Positions 1 through 8,246 are shown, numbered from the stretch's first letter. The stretch: DNA of 12,235 nt from Candidatus Hermodarchaeota archaeon (GCA_048885925.1 JBHLLG010000084.1:1-12235); one strand, 5' to 3'. Numbers and translations are program-made. Notes: generated by a model not told the origin, from the sequence alone.

Positions 1-44
1 AGAACTTCTGGAGGTCCATATCTTTCATATATTATAGCTTTCAT
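1..44 (-). CDS. 5' end of a second MDR-family NAD(P)-dependent oxidoreductase paralog, truncated by the window edge
   Basis: The minus strand from 44 reads ATG AAA GCT ATA ATA TAT GAA AGA TAT GGA CCT CCA GAA GTT = MKAIIYERYGPPEV. This matches 12 of 14 residues of the 47..1003 N-terminus ([14 protein letters not shown]) and starts 2 nt after that gene's TAG. Confidence 0.9.
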   Translation of the reverse strand, partial: MKAIIYERYGPPEV

Positions 45-46
45 TT

Positions 47-1003
47 CTATTCACCTATTGTTATAATTACATTTCCCTTTTTATGACCTTTATCTACATA
101 CCTATGAGCCTCAACTATTTGTTTCCATGAATAAGTTCTATCGATCGCTGATTTTAGTTTTCCTGCTTCGACAAGTTCCTTAAGAAATAGAAAATCTTCA
201 TATTTTATGTGCTTCTCATCACTTGAATCTTTATTAACATTCAAATAAATTCCAGTCTTTTTTAAAGCTTTTTTAGCCCGTGAAGGCTTAAATTTTCCAA
301 CAGCATCGAGTACAACATCATATAGTTCACCACTTTGGGTAAAGTCTTCTTTAGTATAATCGATTACTTCATCAGCGCCCAGAGATTTTACCAATTCTAA
401 ATTGGTTGTGCTACATACGCCAGTGACTTCTGCCCCGAAGTATTTAGCAAGTTGCACTGAATACGTACCTACACTTCCAGAGGCACCATAGATTACCACT
501 TTTTGCCCACTTTGGATATTAGCTTTCCTTATCACGATTAATGCTGTTAAACCCCCTCCCGCAACAGGGGCAGCTTCTTCAAAAGTCATATTTGCTGGTT
601 TTGGTGCCAAAATTCCATCTTTTGAAAATCTTCCTTTTGCAGTTTCTTCGGGGAAACAAATATATTCTGCATACCCTCCAAAACGAAATCCTGGAGTAGC
701 AAATACCTGATCTCCTTTTTTAAACTTTTTTACATCTTTTCCTATTTCTTCAACTTTCCCAGCTAGCTCGAGTCCTAGTATCTTTACTTTTTTTGGTCCT
801 TTTAAACCAAATGATAATCGCGCGAAAAAAGTTACCAAGGGATTGAATCGAGTAAAGCCATTTCGAAAAGTCCAATCCCCTTTTGTGACTGTTGTTGCAT
901 GGATCTTAACGAGTACTTCGTTTTCTTTTGGAATAGGTTTTTCAACCTCCATCATCTTCAATACTTCAGGAGGACCATACTTCTCATATACAATCGCTTT
1001 CAT
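47..1003 (-). CDS. MDR superfamily NAD(P)-dependent oxidoreductase (quinone oxidoreductase / zeta-crystallin-like, usually annotated NAD(P)-dependent alcohol dehydrogenase)
   Basis: GroES-like N-terminus (YGPPEVL...[11 protein letters not shown]), GLELAG, GGYAEY, Rossmann GASGSVG and C-terminal GHKKGNVII. It lacks the catalytic-Zn Cys/His and the structural-Zn Cys cluster of true ADHs. Confidence 0.92.
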   Translation of the reverse strand: MKAIVYEKYGPPEVLKMMEVEKPIPKENEVLVKIHATTVTKGDWTFRNGFTRFNPLVTFFARLSFGLKGPKKVKILGLELAGKVEEIGKDVKKFKKGDQVFATPGFRFGGYAEYICFPEETAKGRFSKDGILAPKPANMTFEEAAPVAGGGLTALIVIRKANIQSGQKVVIYGASGSVGTYSVQLAKYFGAEVTGVCSTTNLELVKSLGADEVIDYTKEDFTQSGELYDVVLDAVGKFKPSRAKKALKKTGIYLNVNKDSSDEKHIKYEDFLFLKELVEAGKLKSAIDRTYSWKQIVEAHRYVDKGHKKGNVIITIGE

Positions 1004-1039
1004 TATTCATTTCCACATATTTTTTTATTTTTTTTATTA

Positions 1040-1501
1040 TTAAATACTGAAATCAATAAAATTATTTGAATATTCTTTTACTAATTCAAAAGTTCCATTT
1101 TCCAACCCTAAACCTGTATTATTAGGCTTTAAACGAAGGATTGGGGGGTATATTCTTTCTGCTTTCATATTATCATGAATAAATTCAACCCAGGAGTGTT
1201 CTACTTTAATATCCGCCAATTTTACATAAAAACCAGAGATAGCCTTTAAGGTAGTTTTTTTATTTTTTGATATTTCCCAATACTTAAGTAACCAGTTTTG
1301 AACCTCCAAACTTGGAACTTCCTTATTTAAAATATCACCTACAATTAAATAGTTAAATTTTTCATCAAGTAAGAATGTAGGATCAATCCTCTTTACCTTA
1401 CCTGCGTCTACATCAATATAATCTTCTAATTGATCTTGAAGCATTTCTGCAATAATTTTTGAGAAACTAATACCATTCTTATAGATTATCCATAGTTTCA
1501 C
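1040..1501 (-). CDS. Degenerate flavodoxin-like protein
   Basis: 153 aa with a GTG start. The flavodoxin-like layout is recognisable (MKLWIIY...SKIIAEML...NYLIVG...EVQNWL...GFYV), but the S/T-x-x-G-N-T FMN loop is replaced by KNGISFS. Confidence 0.6.
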   Translation of the reverse strand: MKLWIIYKNGISFSKIIAEMLQDQLEDYIDVDAGKVKRIDPTFLLDEKFNYLIVGDILNKEVPSLEVQNWLLKYWEISKNKKTTLKAISGFYVKLADIKVEHSWVEFIHDNMKAERIYPPILRLKPNNTGLGLENGTFELVKEYSNNFIDFSI

Positions 1502-1528
1502 GATAATTCACATTTTTTTTTAAAAATT

Positions 1529-1554
1529 AAAAAAAAAGATAGGATTTACCTATC
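1529..1554 (-). terminator. Hairpin plus U9 tract terminator
   Basis: The minus strand reads GATAGG-TAAAT-CCTATC-TTTTTTTTT: a perfect 6-bp stem whose loop holds the stop codon of the 1546..1635 small ORF. Confidence 0.6.
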
Positions 1555-1635
1555 ATATAATTTTACACCAATTATGTATATTACAAATGTAATAACTGCA
1601 ATCACTAAAAAATCAAGCCAAAGAAACATATACAT
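1546..1635 (-). CDS. Putative 29-aa single-pass membrane microprotein
   Basis: ATG to TAA ORF, MYMFLWLDFLVIAVITFVIYIIGVKLYDR: a roughly 22-residue hydrophobic segment then KLYDR. A G-rich GGGGGC lies about 7 nt upstream and a terminator sits at its end. Confidence 0.55.
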   Translation of the reverse strand: MYMFLWLDFLVIAVITFVIYIIGVKLYDR

Positions 1636-1824
1636 CAACGTGCCCCCATAGAAAATACTTCTCCAATTAATTAATAAATAGATGGATTGAATAGAACTTC
1701 TTTCAACTGGTTGGTTTAAAATTTAGTCAGATTAAATATCCAAATATATTAATTATTTAGCTGTAGGTTGAACGTAGAAATATATTCGGTCGCATTCCAT
1801 TTACCATTTAAGAACATAGCACAT

Positions 1825-2058
1825 ATGGAGGTTGTTATTATTATTATTAATATAGATCAAAATATTTCAAACGGATTGAATTGTCCCTGTCCTAAAACAG
1901 GATGTTCAAATCATGGAAATTGTGACAAATGCAAGAGTTATCATTCTTCTTCAAAAAGTCTTCCATTTTGTCAACGCGAGCATGGTTTTTTCACAAAAAT
2001 TTTTTATCGTAAGAATTTTGAAATGGTTCAACTGTTGAAAAGTGAGGGAAAGATATGA
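1825..2058 (+). CDS. Small Cys-rich putative metal (Fe-S or Zn) binding protein, resembling DUF6485-type proteins
   Basis: Motif CPCPKTGCSNHGNCDKCKSYH...LPFC (6 Cys, 2 His). The start is uncertain: ATG 1825, ATT near 1840 after GGAGGT, or TTG 1876. Its stop overlaps the next gene's start (ATGA, 2055-2058). Confidence 0.75.
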   Translation: MEVVIIIINIDQNISNGLNCPCPKTGCSNHGNCDKCKSYHSSSKSLPFCQREHGFFTKIFYRKNFEMVQLLKSEGKI

Positions 2059-2897
2059 AAAGAGCGTTAATTGTATATGACTCTGTATATGGAAACACAA
2101 AAAAAGTTGCGATGTCATTAAGTCGAGGATTAGAAGCAGGAGGTATCTATGTTGATTGCTATTTCATCCAAGATCTTGATTTAGTATCAATAACTAATTA
2201 TGATGCTATAGGAATTGGAGGTCCTACCCACTTTCATGGAGCTTCAAAACCTATTAAGTCATTTTTAAAAAAAATTAATCATCTGAATATAGAGAAGAAG
2301 CAGGTATTTGTTTTTGAAACTAAAGCAGATTTTAGATTAGCTGGATCTTCAGCAAAAAAAATCATAAAATACCTAAAAAAGATGAAAATGGAAATTATTC
2401 ATCCTCCTATCACAGGAATTGTTTTCGATAAAGAAGGACCACTAAAGAAAAATACTTCAGATGTTATGGAACAAATTGGATTGAAGATTTCAGATAAGCT
2501 AAATAATAATGTTATTCATGAAAAACATACCTATAAAAATAATGAATTGAAAAAGGCAAATAGTTATATCTTTTTGAATCGAATAAAATGGATCCTCTTA
2601 GCTGGCGGTCCATTATTTTTCTTTATTCGAGCATTATATATGGCAAGCACTGGAGGAGATTGCTTTGGTACAATAAACCCATTATTTTCATGGTTTCTTC
2701 TACTATCAGAAATCACCATTTCAGGAATAGCAGGTTTTTCAGGGATATTTGGTTTATTATTAAGGATAAAAGGAGAAAAACAACGAATTATAACAAAGAA
2801 GGTATACCTACATAGAATTATATTATTTGCTGGATTTTTAAGTTATATTATACATTTTATAAGAGTGGCAATTTGGATAAGTCTATGCGTAATATAA
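2055..2897 (+). CDS. Flavodoxin domain protein fused to a C-terminal domain of about 3 TM helices
   Basis: Intact FMN loop YDSVYGNTKKVA, IGIGGPTHFHG, VFVFETK and GPL in the first ~150 aa. A polar linker is followed by three hydrophobic segments (WILLAGGPLFFFIRALYMA; LFSWFLL...IFGLLL; IILFAGFLSYII...LCVI). Confidence 0.88.
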   Translation: MKRALIVYDSVYGNTKKVAMSLSRGLEAGGIYVDCYFIQDLDLVSITNYDAIGIGGPTHFHGASKPIKSFLKKINHLNIEKKQVFVFETKADFRLAGSSAKKIIKYLKKMKMEIIHPPITGIVFDKEGPLKKNTSDVMEQIGLKISDKLNNNVIHEKHTYKNNELKKANSYIFLNRIKWILLAGGPLFFFIRALYMASTGGDCFGTINPLFSWFLLLSEITISGIAGFSGIFGLLLRIKGEKQRIITKKVYLHRIILFAGFLSYIIHFIRVAIWISLCVI

Positions 2898-2914
2898 ACT
2901 ATTTTTTTTAAAAT

Positions 2915-3838
2915 TTATTTTATCTTTTTTTTGTATAACAAATTTTCTTTCCAAGTATCAAAATATAATACCTTATGCATAATATCAAACATTACAGTAT
3001 CAACATTTTCTTTTTTAATATTTTCAAGTATTTCATTTAGTTCTTTCATATTATTAACCCAAACCCAACAAATAATAATATTTGGAAGATTACTAAATGT
3101 CCAACAATAAAAGATATTCGGGCTATATTTCTCATTTAGATGTTTAGCGAGTTCATTCTTTTCCACCGTAGGACTTATAGTTATTTGAATTAAAGCAAAA
3201 ATATCCTCTGAAGCTTGAGGATTAAAATTAATTGATAATTCTATTATCCCTTCCTCAATTAATCTGGTTAAACGACGACGAACTGTATTAGGAGTGCTAT
3301 TAACATCTTCTGCAATTTCTGAGATTGATTTTCGTGAATCATTCTTTAATGATCGAACAATTTCTAAATCTAAATTATCATAATTCATGGATCTTGACTG
3401 AGGAATGATATATGGTATAGGTACAGAATAGAATACACCAGAAAGCAGTCCAATTTTTGGAGATTGGATTTCTGTAATTTGAGAAACAAAAGAGGAATAA
3501 TCCTCTAATTGATGAATACTCTCTAGCATAGAACCAATATACATATAATTTCTACTTGAAAGGATAATCTGCCAGGTATTTTTATGTTCTCCTAATTCAG
3601 ATATTACTTTGTCCATATCCTGAGCGTTACTTTGCCCAAAAATAAATGCATAAATAGCATTTATGGCATATGGTTTCAATCTGGCTGTAAATTTTTCTAT
3701 AGTCCTTAGATCTACTAAAAGTTGAACTCTTTTATACACAGCATTGACGGATAAGCCTAATTGATCCGAAATCTCTCGATATGTTAGCCTTGAATTATTC
3801 ATTAAAAGTAAAATTATCTTAAGATCAATCTCATCCAT
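2915..3838 (-). CDS. Lrp/AsnC family transcriptional regulator with two tandem wHTH+RAM modules
   Basis: Module 1: MDEIDLKIILLLMNNSRLTYREISDQLGLSVNAVYKRVQLL. Module 2: DNLDLEIVRSLKNDSRKSISEIAEDVNSTPNTVRRRLTRLIEEGII. Each is followed by an alpha/beta effector domain. Confidence 0.92.
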   Translation of the reverse strand: MDEIDLKIILLLMNNSRLTYREISDQLGLSVNAVYKRVQLLVDLRTIEKFTARLKPYAINAIYAFIFGQSNAQDMDKVISELGEHKNTWQIILSSRNYMYIGSMLESIHQLEDYSSFVSQITEIQSPKIGLLSGVFYSVPIPYIIPQSRSMNYDNLDLEIVRSLKNDSRKSISEIAEDVNSTPNTVRRRLTRLIEEGIIELSINFNPQASEDIFALIQITISPTVEKNELAKHLNEKYSPNIFYCWTFSNLPNIIICWVWVNNMKELNEILENIKKENVDTVMFDIMHKVLYFDTWKENLLYKKKIK

Positions 3839-3896
3839 AAATATAAGAAATAAAAGAAAAAAAAAAAGATTATTTACTTAAGTTTTTAACTAAAAC

Positions 3897-4196
3897 TTAA
3901 AATTTAGAGTTTTTTTTTGAATGCTCTCTATATTTGCGTTTAAAATACTTAACTAATTTGGTCAGAAGAAAGGTTCCCAATAATGCCATAGCAAGTAAAA
4001 TTATTGTACTATACGGTGTAAATGAACAATGAGCATAGTATCCCAAATAACATGGTTTACTTGCCTCATCCGGAATCATTGTTATAATACTAAAGACAAT
4101 TCCGCATATTATTAAGGATAAAACAAAAATGGTATAAAAAATAATAAAGAATGACTTGATAATTATTTTTGACCAATTCACTAATTTCACTTTCAA
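3897..4196 (-). CDS. Small 2-TM membrane protein with a Cys/His loop
   Basis: TTG start preceded by a GGTGA SD-like site. Two hydrophobic helices flank ASKPCYLGYYAHCSFTPYST, and the C-tail is basic. Confidence 0.8.
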   Translation of the reverse strand: MKVKLVNWSKIIIKSFFIIFYTIFVLSLIICGIVFSIITMIPDEASKPCYLGYYAHCSFTPYSTIILLAMALLGTFLLTKLVKYFKRKYREHSKKNSKF

Positions 4197-4213
4197 ATTT
4201 TTTCACCAATTTT

Positions 4214-4234
4214 TTAAGAAATTAAATTTCTTAA
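4214..4234. promoter_or_regulatory. Perfect inverted repeat, candidate operator
   Basis: TTAAGAAATT-A-AATTTCTTAA (10-bp arms), between a minus-strand TATA-like TTATATAT (about 4257-4264) and the start of 3897..4196. Confidence 0.45.
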
Positions 4235-4549
4235 TTTATAGACAGAGTCTAACTAGATATATAACTTAGTTTGTACTAAGGGAGAGAAATCAATGAATAT
4301 TTCTATTAGTAATGATAAAAATCTAATCCAATCAGTGTAAAAATTGATCATTTTTCTTATATTCTTGATAATTCCTATTAAAAAGTTAAAAGACAAATAG
4401 GAATTAATTCAAATTAATAATTTTAGCAGAATAAAAAATAAAAATAAAAAAAAAGGTAAGAATCGATAACAATCGCAAAAACAGATTTTACAATTTATTA
4501 TTTATCTCTTATTTAGTATTTTTTTTATGGATTTAAATAGACTAAAAAT

Positions 4550-4810
4550 TTAAAAACGAAAATTTCTTCCTCTGCCTCTATTATATGGATTAGGAGGAGC
4601 TTTTTCCGTCACTACAACATTACTAGCTTGCGGTCCTTTCTTACCATCTACTACTTCAAATTCAACCTTATCATTTTCATTTAAAGTTTTATACTCATCA
4701 TCTCGACCAGCTAATGCGGTGTAATGAACAAAAACATCGTTTCCCTCTTCAGAATTTATAAATCCGAAGCCTTTTCGGCTGTTAAACCATTTTACTGTTC
4801 CTTTTACCAA
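4550..4810 (-). CDS. csp: Cold-shock domain protein (CspA family) with an Arg/Gly-rich C-tail
   Basis: [11 protein letters not shown]1 KGFGFI, RNP2 DVFVHY, YKTL.E..KVEF and [10 protein letters not shown]. Start is probably TTG at 4810, alternatively TTG 4822. Confidence 0.95.
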   Translation of the reverse strand: MVKGTVKWFNSRKGFGFINSEEGNDVFVHYTALAGRDDEYKTLNENDKVEFEVVDGKKGPQASNVVVTEKAPPNPYNRGRGRNFRF

Positions 4811-4917
4811 TTTTAAAACCAAATTTTACATTTTCTATAAAAATTCTTTAATTTCTAAAGAATCACTTATAAATAGAATTCAAAGATAATAAATTTTGAC
4901 TTTTTTGGGACATTTTC

Positions 4918-4968
4918 AAAAAAGACTTATTTTCTCATTACTAAAATTAATGTGAATAAGAAAGTCTT
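4918..4968 (-). terminator. Long imperfect hairpin followed by a short U-tract, downstream of the kinase
   Basis: On the + strand AAGACTT (4922-4928) pairs with AAGTCTT (4962-4968), with an inner TTCTCATTA/TAATGTGAA stem. On the minus strand the stem runs into T residues. Confidence 0.35.
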
Positions 4969-5016
4969 GAAATAAATTTAATTTTGAGGTAACGACTAAA
5001 TCTGTTTTTCCTTATT

Positions 5017-8000
5017 TTAAATTAACGGGAATGATATAAAGAATGTTGACCCTTTATTTCTTCCCTCAGATTCAACCCAAATATCTCCACCGTGTAATTC
5101 TATAATCTTTTTTGATATAAATAACCCAAATCCTGAACCCTCCGCAATTATATCCATTCCTTGACCATATCTCTCTATTTTACCAAACTGTTTAAATATT
5201 CTACTCTTCTCTTCTTCTGTGAATCCGATTCCATTGTCCTTTATAGAAAGAATTATAAAGCCATTTTCAATCTCAGATCTAATTTCAATTAATCCACCTA
5301 GAGGAGTGTATTTAACCGCATTATTTAAAACATTGCTAATTACTTGATGAATTTGCTCCTTTTCAAATTGGATAATCAAATTCTCTGGCAGATAGAGATT
5401 TATTGTATGATTTCTCAGCCTTGATAATCCTTTAATTTCATTTACACAAACTCTAACCAAAAAAGACAGATCTTCTTCAGATTTATTAAGTTGAATTGCA
5501 CCAGATTCCAATTCTGCTGTTTTTAGAATATCTGCAATAAGAGTTTCAAGGCGTACGCAACCCTGTTTGATTTCGTTCAGGGTAGATATCACTAAATTAT
5601 CAAGTTTATCTCTGTGTACTTGTAACAGAAGATCAGAAAATCCCTTGATAGAGACCAATGGAGTTTTTAATTCATGTGATGTTCTTCTCAGTAATTCAGA
5701 TTTCAACTGATTTAATTTTACCAATTCTTGTTGAGCACTTATTCTTTCAGTGATGTCAACTTGTGTTACTAAGTCAGCCGGTCGACCTTCATAAATCATT
5801 GTTTTTGAGAGATTGTCAACCCAAAATAATTCTCCATTGCTTCTTATGCATTCTATTGGATAATGGATAATAACATCAGGATCACCAGTTTGTTTTTTTC
5901 TTAATTGTTCTCTTACTGTTTCTAATGATTCAGGTGCCACTGTTTTTAACATTTCACCTGGCTCCCAATTTAACATTTCCTCTTCTGTGTATCCATATAA
6001 ATTTGCCATTTCTTGATTTACATATTTTATTACATCATCCTGAATAATACATATCGCTAAAAGAGATTCCTCTGTGATTTTTCTGAATTTTTCTTCCGAT
6101 TCTTTAAGTTTTTGTTCTGCCCTTTTATTTTCGGTAATATCTCGGAATGTTCCCCAAACTCGAAGGAATTTATTATTTTCAATTACACCATAGCCATTGT
6201 TTAAGAAATATCTTTTTTCGCCATTTGGTACCATTTCAATCCCCAATCCATCAATGATGCTGTATCCACCTTCAATCATATCTCTAAATAACTGATCTAA
6301 ACTACTTGGTGTAGTTCCGAAGAGTTCTGTTAACTTAAGCCCAATAACATCTTCTATTCTATCAAATCCATAAGATTTAGCACATGCAAGATTACAATCA
6401 ACTAACATACAATCATACATGAGCTTAATTTGTTTGTCATTTGATAGATCTATTGGAATAGGTTGATCAAACTCATAACAGAAAACAGCATCAGTTGTAT
6501 TTTCAATCAAAGATCTAAAACGTTCTTCTGTTTTTCTAAGTTCTTCTTCAGCCTTTTTTCGATCAGTAATATCAATAAAAGCAACAAAAGCAGCTGGTCT
6601 TCCCTCGAAAATAATGGATCTAGTATAATTTTCAATCCAAATTAACTCACCAGACTTTTTTATACCTTTAAAAATGTAATTTCTGAGATAATCATCTGAT
6701 CCATCTTGCTTTTTTGTTGCTTGGGTAAAAACAAAATCTTTATTGTCTGGATGCACAGTTTTTAGAAATTCTCTAGGGGACCAGTTTACCATTTCATCTG
6801 TAGTATATCCAAAAATATCAGCAAACTTTTCATTAGCATATTTAATTAGATTATCCTGCAAAATTGAAATTCCTATTAATGATTGTTCTGCTATTGTCCT
6901 AAAATTTTCTTCAGATTCCTTTAACTTTTGCTCTGCGTTTATCTTATCTGTAATATCAACAGATGTTATTAAATCTGCTGGCCTTCCTCCATAATTTATT
7001 GTTTTAGAGAAATTTTCAATCCATCGAATCTCTTTATCTTTTCTTATTAAGCGGTATCGATATTGAGGAATAACATCTTTTGCTCCTGACTGCTTTTTTT
7101 TAACTTGATTTAGAACAAAATCTTTATCTTCCGGATGAATTACTTTCAAAAACTCAAAAGGGGTCCAATTTTCTATTTCTTCGCGTGAATATCCACTTAA
7201 CTGGGGTATACGGTCATTAAAGTATTTTATAAGACCATCCTGTATGACCAATATACTCATAAATGATTGCTCAGTAATAGCCCTGAAGTTTTCTTCAGAT
7301 TCTTTTAATTTTTGTTCTGCCCTTTTTTGATCAGTTATATCTCTAACAATTGCGAAAATTTTGTCTTCTCCATCAATACTTACTATTCTTCCACTCGCTG
7401 ATACATCTATATAATAACCATCTTTATGTATAGTTCGATATTCAATATACACTCTCCTCTTCTTATTTATAGCATCTTTTAATACTTCAACTGCCTTATT
7501 GATGTCATCAGGATGCATTATTTTAAATCCATTTTTACCAATAAGCTCTTCAGATCTAAATCCAGAGATATCATAGACTTGAGGGCTGATATATTGGAAA
7601 TTTCCTTTTAAATCTAAAATAATTATAATATCCATAAGATTATTGATGATATTCTTATATTTTTCTTCAGTTTCTTTTCGAGTGTTAATATCAGTAATGA
7701 TATGAACAGCTCCCATGATCTCTCTCTCGTCATTGAAGATAGGTTCAGAAGAAATTTCAACCCATGATCCATTAATTTGTCTAATGGAACTTTCTCTATG
7801 TCCCGATTCCAACATAGATTTCACAGGACACCAATCACCTGGTCCTGAAGTACCATGCACTAGCTCCCAGCAAAAATGTCCTACAATTTCATCATAATTA
7901 GACTTTCCAAACATATCTAAAGTTGCTTTATTGCATTGAAGTACTTTATAATCTAAATCAATGAGAAAAACAGACTCTTTCATCGCGTCAAGAGTTATCT

Positions 8001-8064
8001 GCCATAACTTGTTGTTATTCTCAATCTCAACTCCAATATTCTTAGGATTCGTAATGTTTTTCAA
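5017..8064 (-). CDS. Soluble sensor histidine kinase with six PAS domains (HisKA + HATPase_c)
   Basis: Six PAS/PAC units, each ending in DIT/DIN plus a coiled linker. H-box SHELKTPL, N-box NVLNNAVKY, G1 DNGIG, F-box IFKQF, G2 GSGFGL. No TM segment is evident and the exact start (TTG 8064) is uncertain. Confidence 0.95.
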   Translation of the reverse strand: MKNITNPKNIGVEIENNNKLWQITLDAMKESVFLIDLDYKVLQCNKATLDMFGKSNYDEIVGHFCWELVHGTSGPGDWCPVKSMLESGHRESSIRQINGSWVEISSEPIFNDEREIMGAVHIITDINTRKETEEKYKNIINNLMDIIIILDLKGNFQYISPQVYDISGFRSEELIGKNGFKIMHPDDINKAVEVLKDAINKKRRVYIEYRTIHKDGYYIDVSASGRIVSIDGEDKIFAIVRDITDQKRAEQKLKESEENFRAITEQSFMSILVIQDGLIKYFNDRIPQLSGYSREEIENWTPFEFLKVIHPEDKDFVLNQVKKKQSGAKDVIPQYRYRLIRKDKEIRWIENFSKTINYGGRPADLITSVDITDKINAEQKLKESEENFRTIAEQSLIGISILQDNLIKYANEKFADIFGYTTDEMVNWSPREFLKTVHPDNKDFVFTQATKKQDGSDDYLRNYIFKGIKKSGELIWIENYTRSIIFEGRPAAFVAFIDITDRKKAEEELRKTEERFRSLIENTTDAVFCYEFDQPIPIDLSNDKQIKLMYDCMLVDCNLACAKSYGFDRIEDVIGLKLTELFGTTPSSLDQLFRDMIEGGYSIIDGLGIEMVPNGEKRYFLNNGYGVIENNKFLRVWGTFRDITENKRAEQKLKESEEKFRKITEESLLAICIIQDDVIKYVNQEMANLYGYTEEEMLNWEPGEMLKTVAPESLETVREQLRKKQTGDPDVIIHYPIECIRSNGELFWVDNLSKTMIYEGRPADLVTQVDITERISAQQELVKLNQLKSELLRRTSHELKTPLVSIKGFSDLLLQVHRDKLDNLVISTLNEIKQGCVRLETLIADILKTAELESGAIQLNKSEEDLSFLVRVCVNEIKGLSRLRNHTINLYLPENLIIQFEKEQIHQVISNVLNNAVKYTPLGGLIEIRSEIENGFIILSIKDNGIGFTEEEKSRIFKQFGKIERYGQGMDIIAEGSGFGLFISKKIIELHGGDIWVESEGRNKGSTFFISFPLI

Positions 8065-8246
8065 GATATCCTTATCCCCAATTTTCTAATTGTAATTAAT
8101 ATAAGATCAATTAAGACTTTAAAAAATGATATAAAAGGATATATTTAACAATTTGTACTTTTTTCTTAAAACGAGCTGTCGCAATTGAATTAAAAAAAAT
8201 CTTTATCTTCAAATAATCTAGATTAATATTATGTGATTCAAGGTTT

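Noticed and set aside
843-1043. 66-aa + strand ORF
   Set aside because: Antisense shadow of the MDR gene; its tail is translated poly-T spacer.
1768-1824. N-terminal extension of the Cys-rich ORF from TTG 1768
   Set aside because: It lies upstream of the SD-like GGAGGT and overlaps probable promoter sequence.
2588-2815. 75-aa alternative-frame ORF
   Set aside because: Nested in the flavodoxin-TM gene with no recognisable motif.
4340-4549. ncRNA or tRNA in the AT-rich spacer downstream of csp
   Set aside because: No GC-rich stems or cloverleaf; only A/T runs consistent with archaeal U-tract terminators.
6088-7328. Roughly 35-nt repeats as a CRISPR array or mobile-element ends
   Set aside because: They are in-frame PAS linker codons (RAEQKLKESEE) spaced hundreds of nt apart.
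6463-7897. Three + strand ORFs (6463..6645, 6743..6994, 7715..7897)
   Set aside because: Antisense shadows of the histidine kinase.
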